Shown here piece after piece: positions 1 through 9,800 of a stretch of DNA of 64,000 bases. Each line of letters begins with the position of its first letter. The first letter of the stretch is position 1. A program made the translations under genes and the position numbers. The notes beneath the pieces were generated by a model, which saw only the letters and a program-made list of their open reading frames with translations, did no database searches and was not told the DNA's origin. This stretch comes from an uncultured Rhodopirellula sp. (lineage in GTDB: Bacteria > Planctomycetota > Planctomycetia > Pirellulales > Pirellulaceae). The DNA lies in contig CAXGAI010000017.1 in assembly GCA_964007735.1 (NCBI GenBank), positions 1 through 64,000 on the forward strand, written 5' to 3'.

Positions 1-831
1 GTATTCGCCGCTTACATGGATGTCCTCTACACTTCCGAGGCCATCGAACTGGATGCAGACAGCCTGCAGTACTCAGCTCAGTATCGCAATGCGGTCTCCG
101 GAGACCTTGACTCACTCGGATGCATTGATGAAGTGGGGGCCATGCAGGCAGGATTCTCACCACTGGGTACTGATGCTCTGGAATTATTCCGCATCACTGC
201 CACTGGGATCGACGTCGGTGTCACCGAGATCCAGACCAACCCGGCCGATATTGATCTGGTCTCTGACACGCTTGTCTTTGAGCCACCTTCAGCACTACTT
301 GATACCCAAATCGATTATGCCACCGCCACACTGGAAATCCTCACTCCGGATCCATATGGACACCTGGACATCAACGATGACGGTCAGGTCACACCTATCG
401 ATGCATTGCACTTAGTTAACGACCTGAACTTCAACGGAGCCCGACCTCTCAACCTCGACGCAGAAATGCTTGAGGCAGAAGGAGAGGTTATCGGTGCAGG
501 CCACAGAGCACGCCACCTCGACGTCAATCGCGACAACTACATCTCACCACTCGACGCCTTGGCTATCATTAATCACCTTAACGCTCCACCGGAAATGGCT
601 GAAGGAGAGGGTCCGATCCTCACCGACATGGGGCTTCAGCAAGACAGGATTACACGCACCGACAATCTCCCTGAAACCATTGTCGCCACAGAAGCTATCC
701 AGCTTCAGGCTACTCCTGAAGCACAGCGTGAGTCATGGAGCCAGCAGGTAGAAAGTGTCTTCGAATCCTTCGAACTACAGCAAATCGACGCTGAAGATGA
801 CCTACTCGAACTGATTAGCAAAAAAGACTAA
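1..831 (+). CDS. C-terminal part of a large planctomycete extracellular protein with two dockerin type I-like Ca-binding repeats (5'-truncated by the window edge)
   Basis: Frame is open from base 1 (VFAAYMDVLY...). Repeats DINDDGQVTPIDALHLVNDLN and DVNRDNYISPLDALAIINHLN, each followed by an AEGE motif; acidic tail. Confidence 0.8.
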   Translation, partial: VFAAYMDVLYTSEAIELDADSLQYSAQYRNAVSGDLDSLGCIDEVGAMQAGFSPLGTDALELFRITATGIDVGVTEIQTNPADIDLVSDTLVFEPPSALLDTQIDYATATLEILTPDPYGHLDINDDGQVTPIDALHLVNDLNFNGARPLNLDAEMLEAEGEVIGAGHRARHLDVNRDNYISPLDALAIINHLNAPPEMAEGEGPILTDMGLQQDRITRTDNLPETIVATEAIQLQATPEAQRESWSQQVESVFESFELQQIDAEDDLLELISKKD

Positions 832-833
832 TG

Positions 834-890
834 AAAAAACGGGGCTATCCCTGCGGCGTTCCTGTTGTGGAACGCCGTGGGGACAACCCG
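834..890. terminator. Hairpin between convergent genes, likely an intrinsic terminator
   Basis: tccctgcggcgttcc (848-862) pairs with ggaacgccgtgggga (869-883), with two G-U pairs on the + strand. An A6 run at 834-839 gives a U-tract on the - strand. Confidence 0.6.
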
Positions 891-925
891 GATTCAAATG
901 GGTATCAGCGTGTTGAGATGAACTA

Positions 926-2911
926 TTACTGCCGCACATAATACATGCGGCCATCTTCGGCACCGCCTAAATAATCGGGCTTGCCATCTCCATTGAAATC
1001 GACAACCGTCGGACTGGTTGTATGGCCACGAATATTACGTTCAACCAACGGACCTACATCTTCAAACGTCCACTTCCCGTTAGCAGCCGTTCTTTGGAGG
1101 AATAAATTCGCATTTGTCGAATTCACCAGGAGATCCAGTTTTCCGTCCCCATCCCAATCGGCAAACCAAATCTTCCGCCGTCCGCTACGGCCGGCCTCAC
1201 CATTATTAAGTCGCAACAGGCCAGGGCCTTTTTCGACAACCCTATGACCACTGTTGGTGACGCTGTTGTTTACTGCGTGAAACACCCGCTCAGGCCCTAA
1301 GAGTTTAAGTGACTCACCATCTCGTACGCGGCGAAACAATGCCAAGTACCCTTCATGATCCAGCATCACTAAATCCAACAGCCCATCACCTGTCCAGTCA
1401 ATAGCGACAGGCGTCGTTCTCCACTGCGACACTAGTTCGTTCGGATCCGGTTTCCACCACATCCAACTCGGCTTCAAAGACTCTCCTTTCCATTCAACCT
1501 CAATGGATTGAGCTGCGGCAAATTTCGGCAACTTGCGATTGCCGATATTCCTCAACCATTCGATTCGTCCCCAGATACCATTAACCAGAACATCCGGCAA
1601 ACCATCATGATCCCAATCCGCAATACTCAACGTCGAGTATCCCCATTTGGCTTCCGCTGGGCCCTGAATGCTGCCGTTAGGTCCCGCCATCGGACGATAG
1701 ACTTTCCCACCGGCTTGAATTTTCACCGGAGCCGCCCATTTTGGAGACTCCACACCAGCGCCACTGAGGTTTTCAAACAACTCAATATAACCAGCGGTAT
1801 TCCCCGAAATAATGTCGTCGTCCCCATCACTGTCCCAATCAAATCCAACCGGCGTAGCCAAGGCGCCACTTTTTAAAGTATCTGCCTTTTGCTGGAAATA
1901 GACCGGCGATTTAAAGACCGGCAATTGGTCTTCCAACACACCTGTGTTTTCCACCAGAGCCACTCGTCCGTCTTCATCTCCAACCACGAGGTCCATATCG
2001 CCATCGTGGTCCCAGTCTATAGCAACGGGTACGATCATCTGAAGTTCCATCTCCAAAGGTGTTCCCTTGTCATTCTTCAATGGCACTCCGGCGGCATATT
2101 TTGGCTGCTGACGTGTACCAGTATTCTGAAAATACGTAAATCCATCAACGAACTCACCACACAACAAATCCAGATCCCCATCATGATCAAAGTCTTCAAA
2201 ATTAGGTGAGGGGCAACCATAAGTATCTACAGGCTTTCCACCTGCAGACAATTGCATAGGCGTATCAGGATAGTGAGGGTCTGCTGTGGTACCCTCATTA
2301 AGAAATACGAATACGAAGCCGTGTAGTTTTCCATTAGTCCAGTTGCCGTCACTGTCCCAGGCATCATCCCAGCCATAGAAACTCCAGTCTTCGACAGCAC
2401 AAACCAGATCGTCTTCACCGTCTCCGTTGAAATCAACATAACGCCACTGGTTATGCCGCACCTTAGGCCCCTTTGTTTGCTCGCCGCGATGCCGATACCA
2501 ATTTGAGGCTATCGGAAGCTTTTGAGGATCTCCCGTTCCTACAGCTACAAAGTCGCGATACTCTTTCCCCGGACTTAATACGCGCATACCATTCGTAGTG
2601 TAGCTGGGCATCACATAATGAACTGTCGAACTTAGTTTCTTGGCTGGCTCAAAGACAGGCAACCGGTTATCAGCAGTACTACCCTGGCGGTTCTCAAAGA
2701 ACCACACGCCGTTGTGCGGCTTATCCGGACAGGACACCAATAAATCCAGATCTCCGTCTCCGTCCGCATCGCACGGAACCGGCCAGGCCCAAAGTCCCAC
2801 TCCCAAATCAACAACCAGTCCGGGATTGTTGTATTTAAGTGGCTCGACATCCTGAGCGAAGGTGAAAGACGAAAGTAACAGACAAAGCGATAAGGGTCGT
2901 AAAATATTCAT
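926..2911 (-). CDS. Secreted FG-GAP/VCBS-repeat protein
   Basis: Signal peptide MNILRPLSLCLLLSSFTFA and many D[WF]DxDGDxDL repeats. ATG at 2911 is preferred over the ORF-track start at 2935. Confidence 0.85.
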   Translation of the reverse strand: MNILRPLSLCLLLSSFTFAQDVEPLKYNNPGLVVDLGVGLWAWPVPCDADGDGDLDLLVSCPDKPHNGVWFFENRQGSTADNRLPVFEPAKKLSSTVHYVMPSYTTNGMRVLSPGKEYRDFVAVGTGDPQKLPIASNWYRHRGEQTKGPKVRHNQWRYVDFNGDGEDDLVCAVEDWSFYGWDDAWDSDGNWTNGKLHGFVFVFLNEGTTADPHYPDTPMQLSAGGKPVDTYGCPSPNFEDFDHDGDLDLLCGEFVDGFTYFQNTGTRQQPKYAAGVPLKNDKGTPLEMELQMIVPVAIDWDHDGDMDLVVGDEDGRVALVENTGVLEDQLPVFKSPVYFQQKADTLKSGALATPVGFDWDSDGDDDIISGNTAGYIELFENLSGAGVESPKWAAPVKIQAGGKVYRPMAGPNGSIQGPAEAKWGYSTLSIADWDHDGLPDVLVNGIWGRIEWLRNIGNRKLPKFAAAQSIEVEWKGESLKPSWMWWKPDPNELVSQWRTTPVAIDWTGDGLLDLVMLDHEGYLALFRRVRDGESLKLLGPERVFHAVNNSVTNSGHRVVEKGPGLLRLNNGEAGRSGRRKIWFADWDGDGKLDLLVNSTNANLFLQRTAANGKWTFEDVGPLVERNIRGHTTSPTVVDFNGDGKPDYLGGAEDGRMYYVRQ

Positions 2912-2923
2912 GCGATCATTATA
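2912..2923 (-). promoter_or_regulatory. -10 box TATAAT 6 nt upstream of the ATG (leaderless-type promoter)
   Basis: The minus strand reads TATAAT-gatcgc-ATG, with no Shine-Dalgarno sequence. Confidence 0.5.
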
Positions 2924-3009
2924 AAGCCAGAACACTGAAATTGTTGCTAACGTTACCGTAATAGGCGAAAATCAAAATCATAAGAACAATCAAACAGGAA
3001 CTTCCGATC

Positions 3010-4347
3010 ATGACAAGACAAAAGCAAACTCGCCGACAATTCACTAAAACTGCCGTTGCTGCCTCCACGCTTTTTACGGCACCCGCATTTCTCCGAGCTC
3101 GCAATCTCAATGAACGGCTGGACGTTGCTGTTATTGGCACAGGTGGTCGCGGAGGATCGAATCTGCGTAGTGTAGAGTCCGAAAACGTCGTCGCGGTCTG
3201 TGATGTGAATCGAACCAATTTGAAATTTGCTGAAGATCGTCACCCTCAGGCTCAGTCTTTCAATGACTTCCGCAAACTATACGACAACGTCAAGAACTTT
3301 GACGCGGTGGTCGTTAGTACCTGTGAACACACACATGCATTCGCAACTCTTCCCGCACTGCAGATGAAAAAACACGTCTACTGCGAAAAGCCACTGACTT
3401 ACAACATTGCCGAGTGTCGTAGAATTCGAGAGGAAGCCGCGAAAGCCGGCGTTGCCACTCAAATGGGTACTCAGATTCATGCCGGAACGAATTATCGCCG
3501 CGTTGTGGAACTGGTACAGTCCGGTGCCATCGGCGAGATCAGCGAATGTCATGTTTGGGTGGGACGTGCCTGGGGCCGGCAGTCGAAGGAAGATGCAACC
3601 AAACACGGGGACATTGTTTTTGCACAGGAAAAGCCTGCGGCCAGCGACTCGATTCCCACCGGACTAAGCTGGGACTTATGGCTCGGGCCAGCGACCGAAC
3701 GTGCATTTAACAATGTTTATTTCCCCGGTCCCAAGTGGTATCGTTGGTGGGACTTTGGCAACGGAACCATGTCAGACCTGGGCAGTCATTGGGTAGACCT
3801 GCCATTCTGGGCACTCGGTCTCAAAGCACCTTCTGTGATTTCCGCCTCAGGTCCTGAGGCTCATGAGCAACTGGCGCCGGCTTCCATGACCGCAACTTAC
3901 ACCTACGAAAAGACAAAAGAACAGCCTGGCTTACAACTTCACTGGTATCAAGGTACGTATAAGCCACCGGCCTGGAGCAATGGTGATATACCGCAATGGG
4001 GAAGTGGTGTGTTATTCGTAGGCTCTAAGGGGATGCTACTTTCCGATTACGGAAAGCATGTCCTGTTACCCGAAGACCAATTCGTGGACTTCAAACGCCC
4101 CGACGCAACCATTCCCGACTCGATCGGTCACCACGCTGAGTGGATTCATGCCTGCAAGACGGGTGCACCCACCACCTGCAACTTTGAGTACTCAGGACTC
4201 TTAACGGAGGCAAACCATCTGGGGAACGTGGCCTTTCGTAGTGGTAAAACACTTCAATGGGATACTAACAAAATGGAAGTTACCAACCACTCGGATGCCG
4301 AGCGTTTCATCCATCGCGAATACAGAAAGGGCTGGTCACTGGGATAA
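3010..4347 (+). CDS. Tat-exported Gfo/Idh/MocA family NAD(P)-dependent oxidoreductase
   Basis: TRRQFTK twin-arginine signal; [11 protein letters not shown]ossmann motif; [20 protein letters not shown]. Confidence 0.9.
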   Translation: MTRQKQTRRQFTKTAVAASTLFTAPAFLRARNLNERLDVAVIGTGGRGGSNLRSVESENVVAVCDVNRTNLKFAEDRHPQAQSFNDFRKLYDNVKNFDAVVVSTCEHTHAFATLPALQMKKHVYCEKPLTYNIAECRRIREEAAKAGVATQMGTQIHAGTNYRRVVELVQSGAIGEISECHVWVGRAWGRQSKEDATKHGDIVFAQEKPAASDSIPTGLSWDLWLGPATERAFNNVYFPGPKWYRWWDFGNGTMSDLGSHWVDLPFWALGLKAPSVISASGPEAHEQLAPASMTATYTYEKTKEQPGLQLHWYQGTYKPPAWSNGDIPQWGSGVLFVGSKGMLLSDYGKHVLLPEDQFVDFKRPDATIPDSIGHHAEWIHACKTGAPTTCNFEYSGLLTEANHLGNVAFRSGKTLQWDTNKMEVTNHSDAERFIHREYRKGWSLG

Positions 4348-4462
4348 TGAATCGAGGTTGCTTTACATCCCAAAAATTGAAAGAATAAGAAGCCGTCGCG
4401 GTCGGGTAATTTTGCGAAGGACAAATCAACATCTTCCAAGCATGTAACGAAAGACTCGCTCA

Positions 4463-4636
4463 ATGAATGAGAAGCTTCCAACATCCGAATGCCCAAAATG
4501 CAAACCACTGGTCAATCTCCTGCTCGATCGCATTAGACAACTTGAAGCCGAATTAGAACAGTCCGGCTCAAGCATGAAGAATCATCGTCGGCTACTGCTA
4601 AGTCAACTTGAGCAACTCGATAAACTGGCATCCTAA
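4463..4636 (+). CDS. Small 57-aa CxxC plus coiled-coil protein (below the ORF-track cutoff)
   Basis: Manual translation gives MNEKLPTSECPKCKPLVNLLLDRIRQLEAELEQSGSSMKNHRRLLLSQLEQLDKLAS*. It fills an otherwise empty gap. Confidence 0.5.
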   Translation: MNEKLPTSECPKCKPLVNLLLDRIRQLEAELEQSGSSMKNHRRLLLSQLEQLDKLAS

Positions 4637-4672
4637 TTTTCTCAGGCTATCAGAATTGTTACGCTTTGATAA

Positions 4673-6589
4673 TTACGGCGTTGACTGTTCCACGACTATT
4701 TGTTGATTGAGTTCGGAGCTGGTTACAAGCTGCGTCTGACCATTGGGCCATAACACTTCAATCTCCACCGCGTCAGCACCTTTACCAAGGCCAAACGTAA
4801 GCACCACCTCGGTCTGAGATAAATAGCTTTTAGATGGCATCATCAGTCTTCTTTGGACAGCCTCACCATGCCTGAGGGTCACCGTTGCACCAATCCCTTG
4901 TCTATTATCGACCGTCCCACGAAGTGCAACTCGCAACCAAGCGTTGCCTAATCCCTGATCGTTTCTCAAAAGACGTGGTTTACGCCCACTCGTCGTAATG
5001 AGAACGTCTAGATCTCCGTCTCCATCAATATCCGCATAAGTCGCTCCCCGACCAACAAGAGGAAGGAAGAATTCTTCCCCTAGGTTGCTTTCGTCCATAC
5101 GAATAAATTCAGTGTCATAATCGAAGCCGGCATTCCAGAACAATTGTGGTGCCTGTTCGTAAAACTGGCTTTCCTGTACTTTGTTAATCTCTTCTTCAAG
5201 ATGTCCGTTGGCTCCGAAAATATCCAGCCTGCCATCAAGATCGAAATCAAAAAAGAACATACCAAAAGTAAGATCAGAACGTGTTTGCGGTCCGAATCCG
5301 GTCGAAATGGCCTCATCAACAAACGACAATGTCGCACCTTCGCAAACATAGAGGGCACTCATTTCATTAGCAAAGTTACCAATGCCAATTCCCAAACACT
5401 CATCATTCCTAAAGTTAGCGGCATCAATCCCCATTGCCCCGCGGGCATTACCATTCGGATCAAATGCTATCCCTGCCAAAACCCCTGTCTCTTCAAATGT
5501 TTGATCACCTTGATTGATAAACATAAAGTTACGTACGGTGTCATTCGATACTACAAGATCTAATAACCCGTCAAGATTTACATCAACAGGTATGACGCCC
5601 AGTGACTTTCCGACAGCGACGCCTTCCTGGTCTTTGTTAGTAACCTGAATACCAGCTTGTTGGCTTATGTCTTCAAACGTACCGTCTCCCTTATTTTCAT
5701 AAAGCTGACTGAATGATCCACCAAAGGAAGTCGGTGGACCATAGGCTCTACCCACGCCAACAAGACTAAAACCCTGACTGACGTCAATTTCCTTTGACCA
5801 GGTAATATAGCTGCACACGAAGAGATCCAGATCTCCATCATTCTCCATATCAAACCACGCACAGCTCGTGGACCAACTGCCGGTGTCTCCCGACAAGCCC
5901 GACATTTCTGTCTGATCAACAAACACACCGTTATCATTACGCAGTAGTCGATTAGCGCCCAAAGCGGAGATGAAGATATCCACATCTCCATCGTTATCGT
6001 AGTCAGCAACAGCACAGCCCATCCCATACATCTGAATGTTCAAACCGGTCTGCTCTGAAACGTCTGTATACCTTCCCTGACCATCATTTTGATACAGTTT
6101 ACTGGTAGCCTCAGGCATGTCGGGATCGACGTCTCCCCAAGGTTCAGAGTTGATTAACAGAATATCCTGATCACCATCATTGTCGTAATCCAGAAATGCA
6201 CAACCTCCCCCCATCGTTTCCGGAAGCAACTTCTCTCCACGAGCACCATTCTCATGATCAAATTGCAATCCTGAGAGAGCCGTGACATCGGTGAATGTGA
6301 TATTCGGAATGGGAGCGACATCCCCCCCTTCCCCCTCACCTAGATTCCGCGTCTGCACCTCTTTACGTTCGGTTTGGGTGATTGCAACTTCCTGCTCCGC
6401 TTCGCGGATCACAAACACATAAGCCAACACCCCGACAACAGCCAGTACAAAGATAAACACCAGCGAACGCTGAAGCATGACGCCGATGATTTCATCATTT
6501 TCTTCATCGATGATTAATTCATCATCGGTAACACTCCGACTTTCGATGGAGGATCCGGATTCTTCGGTGTCTGGCTTAAACTTATCCAC
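4673..6589 (-). CDS. Membrane-anchored CRTAC1/ASPIC-UnbV family protein (FG-GAP repeats plus ASPIC/UnbV C-terminus)
   Basis: One N-terminal TM helix; LPETMGGGCAFLDYDNDGDQD repeats; NRQGIGATV...SYLSQ...FGLG...EVLWPNG tail typical of ASPIC/UnbV. Confidence 0.9.
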   Translation of the reverse strand: MDKFKPDTEESGSSIESRSVTDDELIIDEENDEIIGVMLQRSLVFIFVLAVVGVLAYVFVIREAEQEVAITQTERKEVQTRNLGEGEGGDVAPIPNITFTDVTALSGLQFDHENGARGEKLLPETMGGGCAFLDYDNDGDQDILLINSEPWGDVDPDMPEATSKLYQNDGQGRYTDVSEQTGLNIQMYGMGCAVADYDNDGDVDIFISALGANRLLRNDNGVFVDQTEMSGLSGDTGSWSTSCAWFDMENDGDLDLFVCSYITWSKEIDVSQGFSLVGVGRAYGPPTSFGGSFSQLYENKGDGTFEDISQQAGIQVTNKDQEGVAVGKSLGVIPVDVNLDGLLDLVVSNDTVRNFMFINQGDQTFEETGVLAGIAFDPNGNARGAMGIDAANFRNDECLGIGIGNFANEMSALYVCEGATLSFVDEAISTGFGPQTRSDLTFGMFFFDFDLDGRLDIFGANGHLEEEINKVQESQFYEQAPQLFWNAGFDYDTEFIRMDESNLGEEFFLPLVGRGATYADIDGDGDLDVLITTSGRKPRLLRNDQGLGNAWLRVALRGTVDNRQGIGATVTLRHGEAVQRRLMMPSKSYLSQTEVVLTFGLGKGADAVEIEVLWPNGQTQLVTSSELNQQIVVEQSTP

Positions 6590-6624
6590 GATTTGCCTCT
6601 TCCAACGGGCTCAGCGTTTAATAA

Positions 6625-9477
6625 CTATCGATTCTCAACCGTATTCGTGTTCATTTCAAATTCAGTCTCTCTCGTCAAATCGTAGATCACCAAATCTTCC
6701 GCCGCATGATTCGCGGCGGGATATTTCTGGCGAGCCAATGCCACTGCTCTATCTCTGGCATTATCATCGGCTTTATATCTACTATGCAGCTTACGGTGCT
6801 TTTCCGCTGCTTCTTCGTCACCCAACTGACTATGAATTAGACCTAGATTGTAATGTGCGGTGACGTTTTCGACATCCAATGCTAAAACCTTTTCAAATTC
6901 GGCGATAGCGCGTTTGAACAATTCCTCTCGTTTTGGTCTTCGAGCTTCTCCGCTTTGCCGTTTGGCAAGATCAAACACCGTCTGCCCCAGCAGGTTTCTA
7001 ACTCGATAATCTTTTGAAAAATCGAAATTGCGTGCGACCATTTCGGGAGTCTTGTCATCAAGGGCCGCACGGAAATATCTCTCTGCATCATCCAGATTCC
7101 CCATTTCGCGCGCGATTTGCCCACTCATCCAGTTCACCGTCCATGGCGGCGCCGCCTTGTCTCCCTGATAGGCTGCTGCTGCGTTGATCGACTTTAAAGC
7201 TTCATCTAAACGTCCTTCTCTATAAAGGACCCGGGAGAGGTTTAAAGCTCCATGGTATAAGTCAAACTCAGAAACCTTATTAAATGCCATCGATGCCTGA
7301 CGTAATTCAGCCTTCCCTTTCAATAACAAGCCAATTCCATAATCATTCCAGCGTTGCCATTCGGGAATATCTTTCGCCGGTAGAGACTCAAAATCACTTG
7401 CCTGTAAACCCTCTATCGAGAAGGTGAGAACATCATCAGCAATACGTGTCACTGGCAAGTCATTAATATAAGTACCATCACTCGCTCTTCTCCCACGAAT
7501 TGGCTTACCTTTCACTAATCCTTCCTGAGCAACAATATTCATATATTCCTGATCAAATTTCCTGTAATTCAATCTGGTCTCAATGGTAATTGGAGCCGAC
7601 AGGCCTTCCGGAACGGTAAATTCATAGTGCACCGTTTGTGCCGCTCCCGGTGGTATTTGATGGTTATATAGTGGCACAAAGATATCTTGTGCGTTACGAC
7701 GATTAATCCTATTACCGTCTTTATCGAGCATAAAAACATTTAGATAATGCGACCAGGGATCCACCTTTTTGACGTCATCAAATCCTCCGCTTCGACCAAT
7801 GATCTGATCTCCGGATCTTACCACCACTTCGAGCCAAATTTCGTTCGAGTCAACTGTCCCCTGAGTAAACAGATGCCCCAGGGTAAGAGTGCGTACAACA
7901 ATATCAAGTAGATAACGATTGCCAGATTTCAAAACCGGAACTTCAGGGTTCAAAGGAGCAATCAATTCGGCAGAAATATCATTCCCCTCGCGAATCCCAA
8001 AAATGTCTACGCGGCATGAACCTTCGAGAAACTTCTGATGGTAATCAACGGTTTCCTCGGAATTTCGCAGCCACGCAATCCCTGTGTTAGCACCCTTAAA
8101 TGTATGGTCGTGGATCTCTAATTTACCGAGCCCTGTAAAATCTCTGGCTCCGAAGTCGTCACTCTCGACCAGAGGCATATGGCAACCGTTACAGTCTTTT
8201 TCCGCTTCCTTAGGATAATAAAAACTCGTAATACCATTCCCTGAGACTCCGCTCAGCAAAAATGCGTCATAGTGATTTTGACCACGGAGAAAATCCCTGT
8301 AGTTAGTTACCGCATGTGGCAAATGGACTTTATGACAAGATGAGCAAAACTTAGCTCCCTTGTGAACTTCCGGTTTTAAGAATGTCTTCTTGTGAAATGC
8401 CGGTTTCGCTTTTATAAGTTGCTGGTTAATCCATTTCAACGTATCATTTTCACTAAAGGCAAATGGATAATGCTCCGGCTCAGTGATCACATAATGAGCG
8501 TTACCTTTTGTGGATGGAACGTCGGTGATCGCATGACAAACCGTACATGTAATCCCGGCATGGGCCGTTTCATGATTTTCGATATCGTAATCAGGGTCAT
8601 CAAACTGTCCACTAAAGAAGGGGACAGGGTCGTGACACCCCGCGCACCAGCGGGAAGACTTAACGTTCCCATCTCTCTCTAGAGCAACTTTCCTTGTCTC
8701 TTTGATCGAAGCCAGATAGGCCGGGTTATTAAATGAACTAATATGATGCACGCTATGAAACCAGCCATCATAGGCATCTTCATGACACTCTAAACAGTAC
8801 TTATTGTTCATTAATGTCTCTGAACTGATCAGTGCCCCGTCACTGGTACGAGCCAACGATGGTTCAAAATATTTATCTCCCTCAATCGAAAACTGAGGTT
8901 TCTCGGCAGTCATTTTCACAATGACAACAAAAAGAACACTGAGTAAAACAACGGCTCCATAGTTGACACCCGCTTTCCATCTGATCTTCGGTCCCGACAG
9001 ACGATGAAGCCAATAAAGCCAAATGGCAGCGATAGGACATGCCACGTGAATCCAATAAATCACCGCGCGAGACAATTCGTGGCGCAGATCCAGAAATCCC
9101 TCTATGCGAACAAGCAGGATGCCACTGACCAGTACCACAACACTGGCCCAGAACAAGGCGTAGCCGATACGCACCGCCCTTCGATTCTTTCGATCGTATG
9201 TATTGTATATATGAACAATACCAAAGATCACAAAGGGGGTGATTAATAAGACTCCAAGGATGAGATGCAAGAGAAACATCCACATGTACATTGGGTCTTT
9301 ATATATATTCCCGGATCCCCAACGCTGACTACACCACTCGAGAAGTGTTATCCCAGACAGATAAATACTGTTTGCAGACAGCAATGCCACCAAACCAAAT
9401 ACGACATAAAGCATATACCGGAGTTTTGGTCCTATGCTTTTGCGAGGTTTCCTTCGTCGTGTTTTTTCAGCTGGCAC
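6625..9477 (-). CDS. Membrane-bound multiheme c-type cytochrome with C-terminal TPR repeats
   Basis: About 5 N-terminal TM helices; five CxxCH motifs (CLECH, CAGCH, CTVCH, CSSCH, CNGCH); TPR-like helices such as AIAEFEKVLALDVENVTAHYNLGLIH. Confidence 0.9.
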   Translation of the reverse strand: MPAEKTRRRKPRKSIGPKLRYMLYVVFGLVALLSANSIYLSGITLLEWCSQRWGSGNIYKDPMYMWMFLLHLILGVLLITPFVIFGIVHIYNTYDRKNRRAVRIGYALFWASVVVLVSGILLVRIEGFLDLRHELSRAVIYWIHVACPIAAIWLYWLHRLSGPKIRWKAGVNYGAVVLLSVLFVVIVKMTAEKPQFSIEGDKYFEPSLARTSDGALISSETLMNNKYCLECHEDAYDGWFHSVHHISSFNNPAYLASIKETRKVALERDGNVKSSRWCAGCHDPVPFFSGQFDDPDYDIENHETAHAGITCTVCHAITDVPSTKGNAHYVITEPEHYPFAFSENDTLKWINQQLIKAKPAFHKKTFLKPEVHKGAKFCSSCHKVHLPHAVTNYRDFLRGQNHYDAFLLSGVSGNGITSFYYPKEAEKDCNGCHMPLVESDDFGARDFTGLGKLEIHDHTFKGANTGIAWLRNSEETVDYHQKFLEGSCRVDIFGIREGNDISAELIAPLNPEVPVLKSGNRYLLDIVVRTLTLGHLFTQGTVDSNEIWLEVVVRSGDQIIGRSGGFDDVKKVDPWSHYLNVFMLDKDGNRINRRNAQDIFVPLYNHQIPPGAAQTVHYEFTVPEGLSAPITIETRLNYRKFDQEYMNIVAQEGLVKGKPIRGRRASDGTYINDLPVTRIADDVLTFSIEGLQASDFESLPAKDIPEWQRWNDYGIGLLLKGKAELRQASMAFNKVSEFDLYHGALNLSRVLYREGRLDEALKSINAAAAYQGDKAAPPWTVNWMSGQIAREMGNLDDAERYFRAALDDKTPEMVARNFDFSKDYRVRNLLGQTVFDLAKRQSGEARRPKREELFKRAIAEFEKVLALDVENVTAHYNLGLIHSQLGDEEAAEKHRKLHSRYKADDNARDRAVALARQKYPAANHAAEDLVIYDLTRETEFEMNTNTVENR

Positions 9478-9800
9478 GTGTCAATGACCCTTAGAACTAC
9501 AGAATTGTGATTTTCTTATAGTTGAAATGTACTTAGAGGTGGCAAAATCTTTTTGCAGACAGAGCCCATAAAATATTTTCGGGCATAATCAGCTTTGGAC
9601 TTTGCAATTAGTCTACTTTTGAGCCAAAGCCATACGGTTTATCGGTTAAAACGCGACATAATACGGCAAAAGCCTTAGATAACGTACGTTTAAGGTCAAC
9701 AGATGGTTTGCTAACAGTCTCTTCGTTTTCAAGAAATCGCGGGGATTGCTGTCGCGAAACAGCTTAGCAGCGAGGTCTGCGAACATTTCCCTAAGGAATT

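Noticed and set aside
9478..9800. 323-bp gap inside the cytochrome/ASPIC cluster as an ncRNA
   Set aside because: Only short imperfect stems are present, consistent with an ordinary promoter region.
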